Shown: positions 26,501 to 41,270 of the stretch, in pieces | Position numbering within the stretch: the first letter of the stretch is position 1 | Layout: each line of letters starts with the position of its first letter | Assembly (NCBI RefSeq): GCF_006345805.1 | Contig: NW_021832836.1 | Coordinates: forward strand, 1 to 64,000 | From: Octopus sinensis | Lineage: Eukaryota | Length of the DNA stretch: 64,000 nucleotides | Direction of reading: 5' to 3' | The notes under the pieces: generated by a model | The model's database searches: none | The model's input: the letters and a program-made list of their open reading frames with translations, nothing else | What the model was told of the DNA's origin: nothing | Translations under genes and position numbers: made by a program

Positions 26501-29500
26501 ATATAATTAACTGATTGATTAAAAGCTTATATTTATCCAAGAGAACACTATAATCTCAAAGTTTTCAGGTTAGAAAATGTCAAAATATTGCATATGTGTA
26601 CTTGAAAAACAACAAAAAATTTAGTGATCTATTAGCTACATATAAGTTAACTGATTGATAAAAAGCTTATATTTATCCAAGAGAACACTAAAATCTCAAA
26701 AGCTTTCAGGTTAGAAAATGTCAAAATATTGCATATGTGTACTTGAAAAACAACAAAAAATTTAGTGATCTCTTAGCTAAATATAAGTTAACTGATTGAT
26801 AAATTTAGTGATCTCTTAGCTACATATATGTTAACTGATTGATAAAAAGCTTATATTTATCCAAGAGGACACTAAAATCTCAAAAGTTTTCAGGTTAGAA
26901 AATGTCAAAATATTGCATATGTGTACTTGAAAAACAACAAAAAATTTAGTGATCTCTTCACTAAATATAAGTTAACTGATTGATAAAAAGCTTATATTTA
27001 TCCAAGAGAACACTAAAATCTCAAAAGTTTTCAGGTTAGAAAATGTCAATATACAGCATATGTGTACTTGAAAAACAACAAAAAATTTAGTGATCTCTTA
27101 GCTAAATATAAGTTAACTGATGGATAAAAAGCTTATCCAAGAGAACACTAAAATCTCAAAAGTTTTCAGGTTAGTAAATGTCAAAATACAGCATATGTGT
27201 ACTTGAAAAACAACAAAAAATTTAGTGATCTATTAGCTAAATATAAGTTAACTGATTGATTAATAGCTTATATTTATCCATGAGAACACTAAAATCTCAA
27301 AAGTTTTCAGGTTAGAAATGTCAAAATATTGCATATGTGTACTTGAAAACAACAAAAAATTTAGTGATCTCTTAGCTAAATATAAGATACCTGATTGATA
27401 AAAAGCTTATAGTTATCCAAGAGAACACTAAAATCTCAAAAGTTTTCAGGTTAAAAATGTCAAAATACAGCATATGTGTACTTGAAAACACAAAAAAATT
27501 TATTGATCTCTCTCGCTAAATATAAGTTTATGATTGATAAAAAGCTTATATTTATCCAAGAGAACACTAAAATCTCAAAAGTTTTCAGGTTAGAAAATGT
27601 CAAAATATTGCATATGTGTACTTGAAAAACAACAAAAAATTTAGTGATCTCTTAGCTAAATATAAGTTAACTGATTGATAAAAAGCTTATATTTATCCAA
27701 GAGAACACTAAAATCTCAAAAGTTTTCAGGTTAGAAAATGTCAAAATATTGCATATGTGTACTTGAAAAACAACAAAAAATTTAGTGATCTCTTAGCTAA
27801 ATATAAGTTAACTGATTGATAAAAGCTTATATTTATCCAAGAGAACACTAAAATCTCAAAAGTTTTCACGTTAGAAAATGTCAAAATACAGCATATGTGT
27901 ACTTGAAAAACATCAAAAAATTTAGTGATCTATTAGCTAAATATAAGTTAACTGATTGATAACACTAAAACCTCAAAAGTTTTCAGGTTAGAAAATGTCA
28001 AAATATTGCATATGTGTACTTGAAAAACAACAAAAAATTTAGTTATATGTTAACTGATTGATAAAAAGCTTATATTTATCCAAGAGAACACTAAAATCTC
28101 AAAAGTTTTCAGGTTAGAAAATGTCAAAATATTGCATATGTGTAATTGAGAAACAACAGAAAATTTAGTGATCTCTTAGCTAAATATAGGTTAACTGATT
28201 GATTAAAAGCTTATATTTATATAAGAGAACACTAAAATCTCAAAAGTTTTCAGGTTATCAAATGTCAAAATATTGCATATGTGTACTTGAGAAACAACAA
28301 AAAATTTAGTGATCTCTTAGCTTAATATAAGATAACCGATTGATAAAAAGCTTATATTTATCCAAGAGAACACTAAAATCTCAAAAGTTTTCAGGTTAGA
28401 AAATGTCAAAATATTGCATATGTGTACTTGAAAACAACAAAATTTAGTGATCTCTTAGCTAAATATAAGATAACTGATTGATAAAAGCTTATATTTATCC
28501 AAGAGAACACTAAAATCTCAAAAGTTTTCAGGTTAGAAAATGTCAAAATATTGCATATGTGTACTTGAAAAACAACAAAAAATTTAGTGATCTCTTCGCT
28601 AAATATAAGTTAACTGATTGATAAAAAGCTTATATTTATCCAAGAGAACACTAAAATCTCAAAAGTTATCAGATTAGTAAATGTCAAAATACAGCATATG
28701 TGTACTTGAAAAAGAACAAAAAATTTAGTGATCTCTTAGCTAAATATACGTTTATTGATTGATAAAAAGCTTATATTTATCCAAGAGAACACTAAAATCT
28801 CAAAAGTTTTCAGGTTAGAAAATGTCAAAATATAGCATATGCGTACTTGAAAAACAACAAAAAATTTAGTGATCACTTAGCTAAATATAAGTTAACTGAT
28901 TGATAAAAAGCTCATATTTATCCAAGAGAACACTAAAATCTCAAAAGTTTTCAGGTTAGAAAATATCAAAATATAGCATATGCGTACTTGAAAAACAACA
29001 AAAAATTTAGTGATCTCTTAGCTGAATATAAGTTAACTGATTGATAAAAAGCTTATATATATCCAAGACAACACTAAAATCTCAAAAGTTTTCAGGTTAG
29101 AAAATGTCAAAATATGTGTACTTGAAAAACAATAGAAAATTCAGTGATCTCTTAGCTAAATATAATTTAACTGATTGATAAAAAGCTTATATTTATCCAA
29201 GAGAACACTAAACTCTCAAAAGTTTTCAGGTTAGAAAATGTCAAAATATTGCATGTGTACTTGAAAAACAACGAATAATTTAGTGATCACTTAGCTAAAT
29301 ATAAGTTAACTGATTGATAAAAAGCTTATATTTATCGAAGAGAACACTAAAATCTCAAAAGTTTTCAGGTTAGAATATGTCAAAATATTGCATATGCGTA
29401 CTTAAAAAACAACAAAAAATTTAGTGATCTCTTAGCTAAATATAAGTTTATTGATTTTTAAAAAGCTTATATTTATCCAAGAGAATACTAAAATCTCAAA

Positions 29501-32500
29501 AGTTTTCAGGTTAGAAAATGTCAAAATATGTGTACTTTAAAAACAACAGAAAATTTAGTGATCTCTTAGCTAAATATAAGTTAACTGATGGATAAAAAGC
29601 TTATATTTATCCAAGAGAACACTAAAATCTCAAAAGTTTTCAGGTTAGTAAATGTCAAAATACAGCATATGTGTACTTGAAAAAGGACAAAATATTTAGT
29701 GATCTCTTAGCTGAATATAAGTTAACTGATTGATAAAAAGCTTATATTTATCCAAGAGAACACTAAAATCTCAAAAGTTTTCAGGTTAGAAAATGTCAAA
29801 ATATTGCATATGCGGACATGAAAAACAACAAAATATTTAATGATCTAAATATATGTGTACTCGAAAAACAACAAAAAATATAGTGATCTCTTAGCTATAT
29901 GTAAGTTAACTGATTGGTAAAAAACTAAAATCTCAAAAGTTTTCAGGTTAGAAAATGTCAAAATATTGCATATGCGTACTTGAAAAACAACAAAAAATTT
30001 AGTGATCTCTGAGCTAAATATATGTTAACTGATTGATAAAAAGCTTATATTTATCCAAGAGAACACTAAACTCTCAAAAGTTTTCAGGTTAGAAAATGTC
30101 AAAATATTGCATATGCGTTCTTGAAAACAACAAAAAATTTAGTGATCTCTGAGCTAAATATATGTTAACTGATTGATAAAAAGCTTATATATATTCAAGA
30201 GAACACTAAAATCTCAAAAGTTTTCAGGTTACAAAATGTCAAAATATGTGTACTTGAGAAACAACAGAAAATTTAGTGATCTCTTAACTAAATATAATTT
30301 AACTGATTGATAAAAAGCTTATATTTATCCAAGAGAACACTTAAATCTCAAAAGTTTTCAGGTTAGAAAATGTCAAAATATTGCATATGCGTACTTGAAA
30401 AACAACAAAAAATTTAGTGATCTCTTAGCTAAGTATAAGTTTATTGATTTTTAAAAAGCTTATATTTATCCAAGAGAACACTAAAATCTCAAAAGTTTTC
30501 AGGTTAGAAAATGTCAAAATATGTGTCCTTGAAAAACAACAGAAAATTTAGTGATCTCTTAGCTAGATATAAGTTAACTGATGGATAAAATGCTTATATT
30601 TATCCAAGAGAACACTAAAATCTCAAAAGTTTTCAGGTTAGAAAATGTGAAAATATGTGTACTTGAAAAACAACAGAAAATTTAGTGATCTCTTAGCTAA
30701 ATATAAGTTAACTGATTGACAAAAAGCTTATATTTTTCCAAGAGATCACTAATATCTCAAAAGTTTTCAGAATACAAAATGTCAAAATATTGTATATGTG
30801 CACTTGAAAAACAACAAAAAATTCTGTGAGCTCCTAGCAAAATATAAGTTAACTGATTGATAAAAGCTTATATCCAAGAGAACGCTAAAATCTCAAAGGT
30901 TTTCAGGTTAGAAAATGTCAAAATATTGCATATGCGTACCTGAAAACAACAAAAAATTTAGTGATCGCTTAGCTAAATATAAGTTAACTGATTGATAAGA
31001 AGCTTATATATATTCAAGAGAACACTAAAATCTCGAAAGTTTTCAGGTTACAAAATGTCAAAATATGTGTACTTGAGAAACAACAGAAAATTTAGTGATC
31101 TATTAGCTAAATATAAGTTAACTGATTGATAAAAAGCTTATATTTATCCAAGAGAACACTAAAATCTCAAAAGTTTTCAGGTTAGTAAATGTCAAAATAC
31201 AGCATATGTGTACTTGAAAAAGAACAAAAAATTTAGTGATCCCTTAGCTGAATATAAGTTAACTGATGGATAAAAAGCTTATCCAAGAGAACACTAAAAT
31301 CTCAAAAGTTTTCAGGTTAGAAAATGTCAAAATATTGCATATGTGTACTTGAAAAACAACAAAAAATTTAGTGATCTATTAGCTAAATATAAGTTAACTG
31401 ATTGATTAATAGCTTATATTTATCCAAGAGAACACTAAAATCTCAAAAGTTTTCAGGTTAGAAAATGTCAAAATATTGCATAAGTGTACTTGAAAAACAA
31501 CAAAAAATTTAGTGATCTCTTAGCTAAATATAAGATAACTGATTGATAAAAAGCTTATATTTATCCAAGAGAACACTAAAATCTCAAAGGTTTTCACGTT
31601 AGAAAATGTCAAATACATGCATATGTGTACTTGAAAAACATCAAAAAATTTAGTGATCTATTATCTAAATATAAGTTAACTGATTGATAAAAAGCTTATA
31701 TTTATCCAAGAGAACACTATAATCTCAAAAGTTTTCAGGTTAGAAAATGTCAAAATATTGCATATGTGTACTTGAAAAACAACAAAAAATTTAGTGATCT
31801 ATTAGCTACATATAAGTTAACTGATTGATAAAAAGCTTATATTTATCCAAGAGAACATTAAAATCTCAAAAGCTTTCAGGTTAGAAAATGTCAAAATATT
31901 GCAAATGCGTACTTGAAATACAACAAAAAATTTAGTGATCTCTTTGCTAAATATAAGTTAACTGATTGATAAAAAGCTTATATTTATCCAAGAGATCACT
32001 AAAATCTCAAAAGTTTTCAGGTTAGAAAATGTCAAAATACAGCATATGTGTACTTGAAAAACAACAACAAATTTAGTGATCTCTTCGCTAAATATAAGTT
32101 AACTGATTGATAAATTTAGTGATCTCTTAGCTACATATATGTTAACTGATTGATAAAAAGCTTATATTTATCCAAGAGGACACTAAAATCTCAAAAGTTT
32201 TCAGGTTAGAAAATGTCAAAATATTGCATATGTGTACTTGAAAAACAACAAAAAATTTAGTGATCTCTTCACTAAATATAAGTTAACTGATTGATAAAAA
32301 GCTTATATTTATCCAAGAGAACACTAAAATCTCAAAAGTTTTCAGGTTAGAAAATGTCAAAATATGTGTCCTTGAAAAACAACAGAAAATTTAGTGATCT
32401 CTTAGCTAGATATAAGTTAACTGATGGATAAAATGCTTATATTTATCCAAGAGAACACTAAAATCTCAAAAGTTTTCAGGTTAGAAAATGTGAAAATATG

Positions 32501-35500
32501 TGTACTTGAAAAAAACAACAAAAATTTAGTGATCTCTTAGCTAAATATAAGTTAACTGATTGACAAAAAGCTTATATTTTTCCAAGAGATCACTAATATC
32601 TCAAAAGTTTTCAGAATACAAAATGTCAAAATATTGTATATGTGCACTTGAAAAACAACAAAAAATTCTGTGAGCTCCTAGCAAAATATAAGTTAACTGA
32701 TTGATAAAAAGCTTATATCCAAGAGAACGCTAAAATCTCAAAGGTTTTCAGGTTAGAAAATGTCAAAATATTGCATATGCGTACCTGAAAACAACAAAAA
32801 ATTTAGTGATCGCTTAGCTAAATATAAGTTAACTGATTGATAAGAAGCTTATATATATTCAAGAGAACACTAAAATCTCGAAAGTTTTCAGGTTACAAAA
32901 TGTCAAAATATGTGTACTTGAGAAACAACAGAAAATTTAGTGATCTATTAGCTAAATATAAGGTAACTGATGATAAAAAGCTTATATTATCCAAGAGAAC
33001 ACTAAAATCTCAAAAGTTTTCAGGTTAGTAAAGGTCAAAATACAGCATATGTGTACTTGAAAAAGAACAAAAAATTTAGTGATCCCTTAGCTGAATATAA
33101 GTTAACTGATGGATAAAAAGCTTATCCAAGAGAACACTAAAATCTCAAAAGTTTTCAGGTTAGAAAATGTCAAAATATTGCATATGTGTACTTGAAAAAC
33201 AACAAAAAATTTAGTGATCTCTTCACTAAATATAAGTTAACTGATTGATAAAAAGCTTATATTTATCCAAGAGAACACTAAAATCTCAAAAGTTTTCAGG
33301 TTAGAAAATGTCAAAATATTGCATATGTGTACTTGAAAAACAACAGAAAATTTAGTGATCTCTTAGCTTAATATAAGATAACTGATTGATAAAAAGCTTA
33401 TATTTATCCAAGAGAACACTAAAATCTCAAAAGTTTTCAGGTTAGAAAATGTCAAAATACAGCATATGTGTACTTGAAAAACAACAAAAAATTTAGTGAT
33501 CTCTTAGCTAAATATAAGTTAACTGATTGATAAAAAGCTTATATTTATCCAAGAGAACACTAAAATCTCAAAAGCTTTCAGGTTAGAAAATGTCAAAATA
33601 TTGCATATGTGTACTTGAAAAACAACAAAAAATTTAGTGATCTCTTAGCTAAATATAAGTTAACTGATTGATAAATTTAGTGATCTCTTAGCTACATATA
33701 TGTTAACTGATTGATAAAAAGCTTATATTTATCCAAGAGGACACTAAAATCTCAAAAGTTTTCAGGTTAGAAAATGTCAAAATATTGCATATGTGTACTT
33801 GAAAAACAACAAAAAATTTAGTGATCTCTTAGCTAAATATAAGTTAACTGATGGATAAAAAGCTTATCCAAGAGAACACTAAAATCTCAAAAGTTTTCAG
33901 GTTAGTAAATGTCAAAATACAGCATATGTGTACTTGAAAAACAACAAAAAATTTAGTGATCTATTAGCTAAATATAAGTTAACTGATTGATTAATAGCTT
34001 ATATTTATCCATGAGAACACTAAAATCTCAAAAGTTTTCAGGTTAGAAAATGTCAAAATATTGCATATGTGTAATTGAAAAACAACAAAAAATTTAGTGA
34101 TCTCTTAGCTAAATATAAGATAACTGATTGATAAAAAGCTTATATATATCCAAGAGAACACTAAAATCTCAAAAGTTTTCAGGTTAGAAAATGTCAAAAT
34201 ATTGCATATGTGTACTTGAAAAACAACAAAAAATTTAGTGATCTCTTAGCTAAATATAAGTTAACTGATTGATAAAAAGCTTATCCAAGAGAACACTAAA
34301 ATCTCAAAAGTTTTCAGGTTAGTAAATGTCAAAATACAGCATATGTGTACTTGAAAAACAACAAAAAATAGTGATCTATTAGCTAAATATAAGTTAACTG
34401 ATTGATTAATAGCTTATATTTATCCATGAGAACACTAAAATCTCAAAAGTTTTCAGGTTAGAAAATGTCAAAATATTGCATATGTGTACTTGAAAAACAA
34501 CAAAAAATTTAGTGATCTCTTAGCTAAATATAAGATACCTGATTGATAAAAAGCTTATAGTTATCCAAGAGAACACTAAAATCTCAAAAGTTTTCAGGTT
34601 AGAAAATGTCAAAATACAGCATATGTGTACTTGAAAAACAACAAAAAATTTAGTGATCTCTCAGCTAAATATAAGTTTATTGATTGATAAAATGCTTATA
34701 TTTATCCAAGAGTACACTAAAATCTCAAAAGTTTTCAGGTTAGAAAATGTCAAAATATTGCATATGTGTACTTGAAAAACAACAAAAAATTTAGTGATCT
34801 CTTCGCTAAATATAAGTTAACTGATTGATAAAAAGCTTATATTTATCCAAGAGAACACTAAAATCTCAAAAGTTTTCAGGTTAGAAAATGTCAAACTACA
34901 GCATATGTGTACTTGAAAAACATCAAAAAATTTAGTGATCTCTTAGCTAAATATAAGATAACTGATTGATAAAAAGCTTATATTTATCCAAGAGAACACT
35001 AAAATCTCAAAAGTTTTCAGGTTAGAAAATGTCAAAATATTGCATATGTGTACTTGAAAAACAACAAAAAATTTAGTGATCTCTTCGCTAAATATAAGTT
35101 AACTGATTGATAAAAAGCTTATATTTATCCAAGAGAACACTAAAATCTCAAAAGCTTTTAGGTTACAAAATGTCAAAATATTGCATATGTGTACTTGAGA
35201 AACAACAGAAAATTTAGTGATCTCTTAGCTAAATATAAGTTAACTGATTGATAAAAAGCTTATATTTATCCAAGAGAACACTAAAATCTCAAAAGCTTTC
35301 AGGTTAGAAAATGTCAAAATATTGCATATGTGTACTTGAAAAACAACAAAAAATTTAGTGATCTCTTAGCTAAATATAAGTTAACTGATTGATAAATTTA
35401 GTGATCTCTTAGCTACATATATGTTAACTGATTGATAAAAAGCTTATATTTATCCAAGAGAACACTAAAATCTCAAAAGTTTTCAGGTTAGAAAATGTCA

Positions 35501-36764
35501 AAATATTGCATATGTGTACTTGAAAAACAACAAAATTTTAGTGATCTCTTCACTAAATATAAGTTAACTGATTGATAAAATGCTTATATTTATCCAAGAG
35601 AACACTAAAATCTCAAAAGCTTTCAGGTTACAAAATGTCAAAATATTGCATATGTGTACTTGAGAAACAACAGAAAATTTAGTGATCTCTTAGCTAAATA
35701 TAAGTTAACTGATTGATAAAAAGCTTATATTTATCCAAGAGAACACTAAAATCTCAAAAGCTGTCAGGTTAGAAAATGTCAAAATATTGCATATGTGTAC
35801 TTGAAAAACAACAAAAAATTTAGTGATCTCTTAGCTAAATATAAGTTAACTGATGGATAAAAAGCTTATCCAAGAGAACACTAAAATCTCAAAAGTTTTC
35901 AGGTTAGAAAATGTCAAAATATTGCATATGTGTACTTGAAAAACAACAAAAAATTTAGTGATCTCTTAGCTACATATAAGTTAACTGATGGATAAAAAGG
36001 TTATATTTATCCAAGAGAACACTAAAATCTCAAAAGTTTTCAGGTTAGAAAATGTCAAAATACAGCATATGTGTACTTGAAAAACAACAAAAAATTTAGT
36101 GATCTCTTAGCTAAATATAAGTTTTTTGATTGATAAAAAGCTTATATTTATCCAAGAGAACACTAAAATCTCAAAAGTTTTCAGGTTAGAAAATGTCAAA
36201 ATATTGCATATGTGTGCTTGAAAAACAACAAAAAATTTAGTGATCTCTTAGCTAAATATAAGTTAACTGACGGATAAAAAGCTTATATTTATCCAAGAGA
36301 ACACTAAAATCTCAAAAGTTTTCAGGTTAGAAAATGTCAAAATATTGCATATGTGTACTTGAAAAAGATCAAAAAATTTAGTTATCTGTTAGCTAAATAT
36401 AAGTTAACTGATTGATAAAAAGCTTATATTTATCCAAGAGAACACTAAAATCCCAAAAGTTTTCAGGTTAGAAAATGTCAAAATATTGCATAAGTGTACT
36501 TGAAAAACAACAAAAAATTTAGTGATCTCTTAGCTAAATATAAGTTAACTGATTGATAAAAAGCTTATATTTATCCAAGAGAACACTAAAATCTCAAAAG
36601 TTTTCAGGTTGGAAAATGTCAAAATATTGCATGTGTGTACTAAAAAAAACAAAAAATTTAGTGATCTCTTAGCTAAATATAAGTTAACTGATTGATAAAA
36701 AGCTTATATTTATCCAAAGGAACACTAAAATCTCAAAAGTTTTCAGGTTAGAAAATATCAAAAA

Positions 36765-39700
36765 GTAAGCATAAAAAAAGAGATCAAAAATTCTAATTCG
36801 CATTTGTTGTTTTTAAGTACTTATTTGTTTTCAGAAAACAAAATATGTCAAAATATTGCAAATAAGCATAAAGAAGTGAATAAAATTGCTAGTTTGAATT
36901 TCTTCTTTTTTGTTTGAAATATTTTGACATTTTGTTTTTTGAAAAGTTTTGATGTTGTAGTGATGTCTTGAATAAAGATAATCTTATTATCAGTCAGTAA
37001 ACCTAAAATCACATTTGTTTTTTTACTTTTTTATGCCTATTTGCAACTTTTGTGATTTTTGTGATCTCTTTGGTAAATATAAGTTAACTGATATTATAGT
37101 TATGGAAGAGATCATTAACATTTTAATAGTTTTCAGAAAACAAAATGTGTCAAATTATTGCAAATAAGCATAAAAAAATGAACAAAATTGCTAATTCAAA
37201 TTTGTTGAATTTTAGTACTTATTTGCAATATTTTGATACTTTGTTTTCTGAGAACAAATAAGTACTAAAAAGCAACAAATTTGAATTAATAATTCTATTT
37301 ACTTTTTATGCTTCTCTGCTATATTTTGACACATTTTGTTTTCTGAAAAGGATTTTGACTTGAGTGTTATCTTGGCTGCTCAATTAGCAACGTTGTTCGC
37401 TTTTTTATGCCTATTTGCAAATTTTTGCACATTTTGTTATCTGTTGGATAAATATAATATTATTAGTCAGTTAACTTATATTTTACCACAGAGATTACTG
37501 AAATCACAAAATCACAAATAAGCCTAAACTTATATTTACCAAAAAGATCACGAAAATCACAAATGTATTCGGAAAACAAACTTTGTGAAAATATTGCAAA
37601 TGAGTAATAAAAAGCAACAAATTTGAATTAGCAATTTTGTTTACTTTCTTACGGTTATTTGCAATATTTTGTCACATTTTGTTATCAGAAATCTTCTGAT
37701 AATATAGTGATTTTTTGGATAAATATAATCTTATTATCAGTCAGTTTACTAATATTTACCAAAGAGATCACTGAAACCACAAAAGTTTTTGGAGAACAAA
37801 ATGTGTCAAAATATTGCAAAATAAGCATAAAAAAGAGATCAAAAATTCTAATTCGCATTTGTTGTTTTTTTCAGAAAACTAAATATGTCAAAATATTGCA
37901 AATAAGCATAAAGAAGTGAATAAAATTGCTAATTTAAATTTCTTCTTTTTTAGTACTTGGTTGCAATATTTTGACATTTTGTTTCTTGAAAAGTTTTGAT
38001 GTTGTAGTGATGTCTTGGATAAAGATAATCAGTAAACCTAAAATCACATTTGTGTTTTTTACTTTTTTATGCTTATTTGTAACTTTTGTGATTTTAGTGA
38101 TCTCTTTGGTAGATATAAGTTAACTGACTGATAATAAGATTATAGTTATCGAAGAGATCATTAAAATATCAAAAGTTTTCAGATAACGAAATGTGTCAAA
38201 ATGTTGCAAATAAGCATAAAAAATGAACAAAATTGCTAATTCAAATTTGTTGATTTTTAGTACTTATTTGCAATATTTTGACACTTTGTTTTCTGAGAAC
38301 AAATAAGTACTAAGGAACAACAAATTTGAATTAACAATTTTGTTCACATTCTTACGGTTATTTGCAATATTTTGTCACAATTTGTTATCAGAAAACTTCT
38401 GATAATGTAGTGATTTTTTGGATAAACATAATCTTATTATCAGTCAGTTTACTAATATTTACCAAAGAGATCACTGAAACCACAAAAGTTTTTGGAGAAC
38501 AAAATGTGTCAAAATATTGCAAAATAAGCATAAAAAAGAGATCAAAAATTCTAATTCGCATTTGTTGTTTATTTCAGAAAACTAAATATGTGAAAATATT
38601 GCAAGACGTGAATAAAATTGCTAATTTAAATTACTTCTTTTTTGTACTTGGTTGCAATATTTTGACATTTTGTTTTTTGAAAAGTTTTGATGTTGTAGTT
38701 ATGTCTTGGATAAAGATAATCTTATTATCAATCAGTAAACCTAAAATCACATTTGTTTTTTTACTTTTTTATGTTTATTTGCAACTTTTGTGATTTTAGT
38801 GATATCTTTGGTAAATATAAGTTAACTGACTGATAATAAGATTACAGTTATCGAAGAGATCATTAAAATATCAAAAGTTTTCAGATAGCGAAATGTGTCA
38901 AAATGTTGCAAATAAGCATAAAAAATGAACAAAATTGCTAATTCAAATTTGTTGATTTTTAGTACTTATTTGCAATATTTTAACACTTTGTTTTCTGAGA
39001 ACAAATAAGTACTAAAAAACAACAAATTTGAATTAACAATTTTATTTAATTTTTCTGCTTGTCTGCAATATTTTGACACATTGTGTTTTCTGAAAATTAT
39101 TGTGACTTGAGTGATCTCTTGGCGGCTCAATTAGAAATTTTGTTCACTTTTTTATGCCTATTTGCTAATTTTGGCACATTTTGTTATCTGTTGGATAAAT
39201 ATAATATTATTAGTCAGTTAACTTATATTTACCACAGAGATTACTGAAAACACAAAATCGCAAATAAGCATAAACTTATATTTACCAAAAAGATCACGGA
39301 AATCACAAATGCATTCGGAAAACAAACTTTGTGAAAATATTGCAAATGAGTAATAAAAAGCCACAAATTTGAATTAGCAATTTTGTTCACTTTCTTACGG
39401 TTACTTGCAATATTTTGTCACATTTTGTTTTTAAGTACTTATTTGTTTTCAGAAAACAAAATATGTCAAAATATTGCAAATAAGCATAAAGAAGTGAATA
39501 AAATTGCTAATTTAAATTTCTTCTTTTTTAGTACTTGGTTGCAATATTTTGACATTTTGTTTTTTGAAAAGTTTTGATGTTGTAGTGATGTCTTGGATAA
39601 AGATAATATTATTATCAGTCAGTAAACCTAAAATCACATTTGGTTTTTGACTTTTTTATGCTTATTTGCAACTTTTGTGATTTTAGTGATCTCTTTGGTA

Positions 39701-41270
39701 AATATAAGTTAACTGACTGATAATAAGATTATAGTTATCGAAGAGATCATTAAAATAACAAAAGTTTTCAGATAACGAAATGTGTCAAAATGTTGCAAAT
39801 AAGCATAAAAAAAGAAAATAAAATTGCTAATTCAAATTTGTTGATTTTTAGTACTTATTTGCCATATTTTGACACTTTGTTTTCTGAGAACAAATAAGTA
39901 CTAAGGAACAACAAATTTGAATTAACAATTTTATTTTCTTTTTAAGCTTGTCTGCAATATTTTGACACATTTTGTTTTCTGAAAATTATTGTGACCTGAG
40001 TGATCTCTTGGCTGCTCAATAAGCAATTTTGTTCACTTTTTTATGCCTATTTGCAAATTTTGGAACATTTTGTTATCTCTTGGATAAATATAATATTATT
40101 AGTCAGTTAACTTATTACTGAAATCACAAAATCGCAAATAAGCATAAACTTATATTTACCAAAAAGATCACGGAAATCACAAATGTATTCAGAAAACAAA
40201 CTTTGTCAAAATATTGCAAATGAGTGATAAAAAGCCACAAATTTGAATTAGCAATTTTGTTCACTTTCTTACGGTTATTTGCAATATTTTGTCACATTTT
40301 GTTATCAGAAAACTTCTGATAATGTAGTGATTCTTTTGATAACTATAATCTTATTACCAGTCAGTTTACTAATATTTACCAAAGAGATCACTGAAACCAC
40401 AAATGTTTTTGGAGAACAAAATGTGTCAAAATATTGCAAAATAAGCATAAAAAAGAGATCAAAAATTCTAATTCACATTTATTGTTTTTAAGTACTTATT
40501 TGTTTTCAGAAAACAAAATATGTCAAAATATTGCAAATAAGCATAAAAAGTGAATAAAATTGCTAATTTAAATTTCTTCTTTTTTAGTACTTGGTTGCAG
40601 TTTTTTGACATTTTGTTTTTTGAAAAGTTTTGATGTTGTAGTGATGTCTTGGATAAAGATAATCTTATTATCAGTCAGTAAACCTAAAATCACATTTGTT
40701 TTTTTACTTCTTTATGCTAATTTGCAACTTTTGTGAATTTAGTGATCTCTTTGGTAAATATAAGTTAACTGACTGATAATAAGATTATAGTTATCGAAGA
40801 GATCATTAAAATATCAAAAGTTTTCAGATAACGAAATGTGTCAAAATGTTGCAAATAAGCATAAAAAAATGAACAAAATTGCTAATTCAAATTTGTTGAT
40901 TTTTAGTACTTATTTGCAATATTTTTACACTTTGTTTTCTGAGAACAAATAAGTACTAAGAAACAACTAATTTGAATTAACAATTTTGTTCACTTTCTTA
41001 CGGTTATTTGCAATATTTTGTCACATTTTGTTATCAGAAAACTTCTGATAATGTAGTGATTTTTTGGATAAACATAATCTTATTATCAGTCAGTTTACTA
41101 ATATTTACCAAAGAGATCACTGAAACCACAAAAGTTTTTGGAGAACAAAATGTGTGAAAATATTGCAAAATAAGCATAAAAAAGAGATCAAAAATTCTAA
41201 TTCGCATTTGTTGTTTTTAAAATATTGTAAATAAGCATAAAGAAGTGAATAAAATTGCTAATTTAACAAT
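36765..41270. repeat. Hairpin-rich tandem macro-repeat (~0.7-1.05 kb unit, 4-5 copies) related to the satellite
   Basis: The marker cagtaaacctaaaatcacatt recurs at ~36995, 38030, 38733, 39620 and 40677. Units contain long inverted repeats such as tcagaaaacaaaatgtgtcaaaatattgcaaataag / cttatttgcaatattttgacactttgttttctga. Confidence 0.9.

Larger units (their letters stand above)
1..36764 (+). repeat. AT-rich tandem satellite array, 141-bp monomer with 134-bp and ~43-bp variants, open at the left window edge
   Basis: The consensus aaatttagtgatctcttagctaaatataagttaactgattgataaaaagcttatatttatccaagagaacactaaaatctcaaaagttttcaggttagaaaatgtcaaaatattgcatatgtgtacttgaaaaacaacaaa recurs head-to-tail (ttagtgatc at 721 and 862 = 141 bp). 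The 134-bp variant lacks 7 bp (tgtcaaaatatgtgtac). The last monomer ends at gaaaatatcaaaa near 36764. Confidence 0.98.

Noticed and set aside
1-36764. CRISPR-like array (palindromic repeats at regular spacing)
   Set aside because: There are no unique spacers (the whole monomer repeats), no cas genes, and the context is eukaryotic.
37336-40491. Repeated 60-143 aa ORFs in the macro-repeat
   Set aside because: Low-complexity AT-rich translations with non-ATG starts, not maintained between repeat copies.
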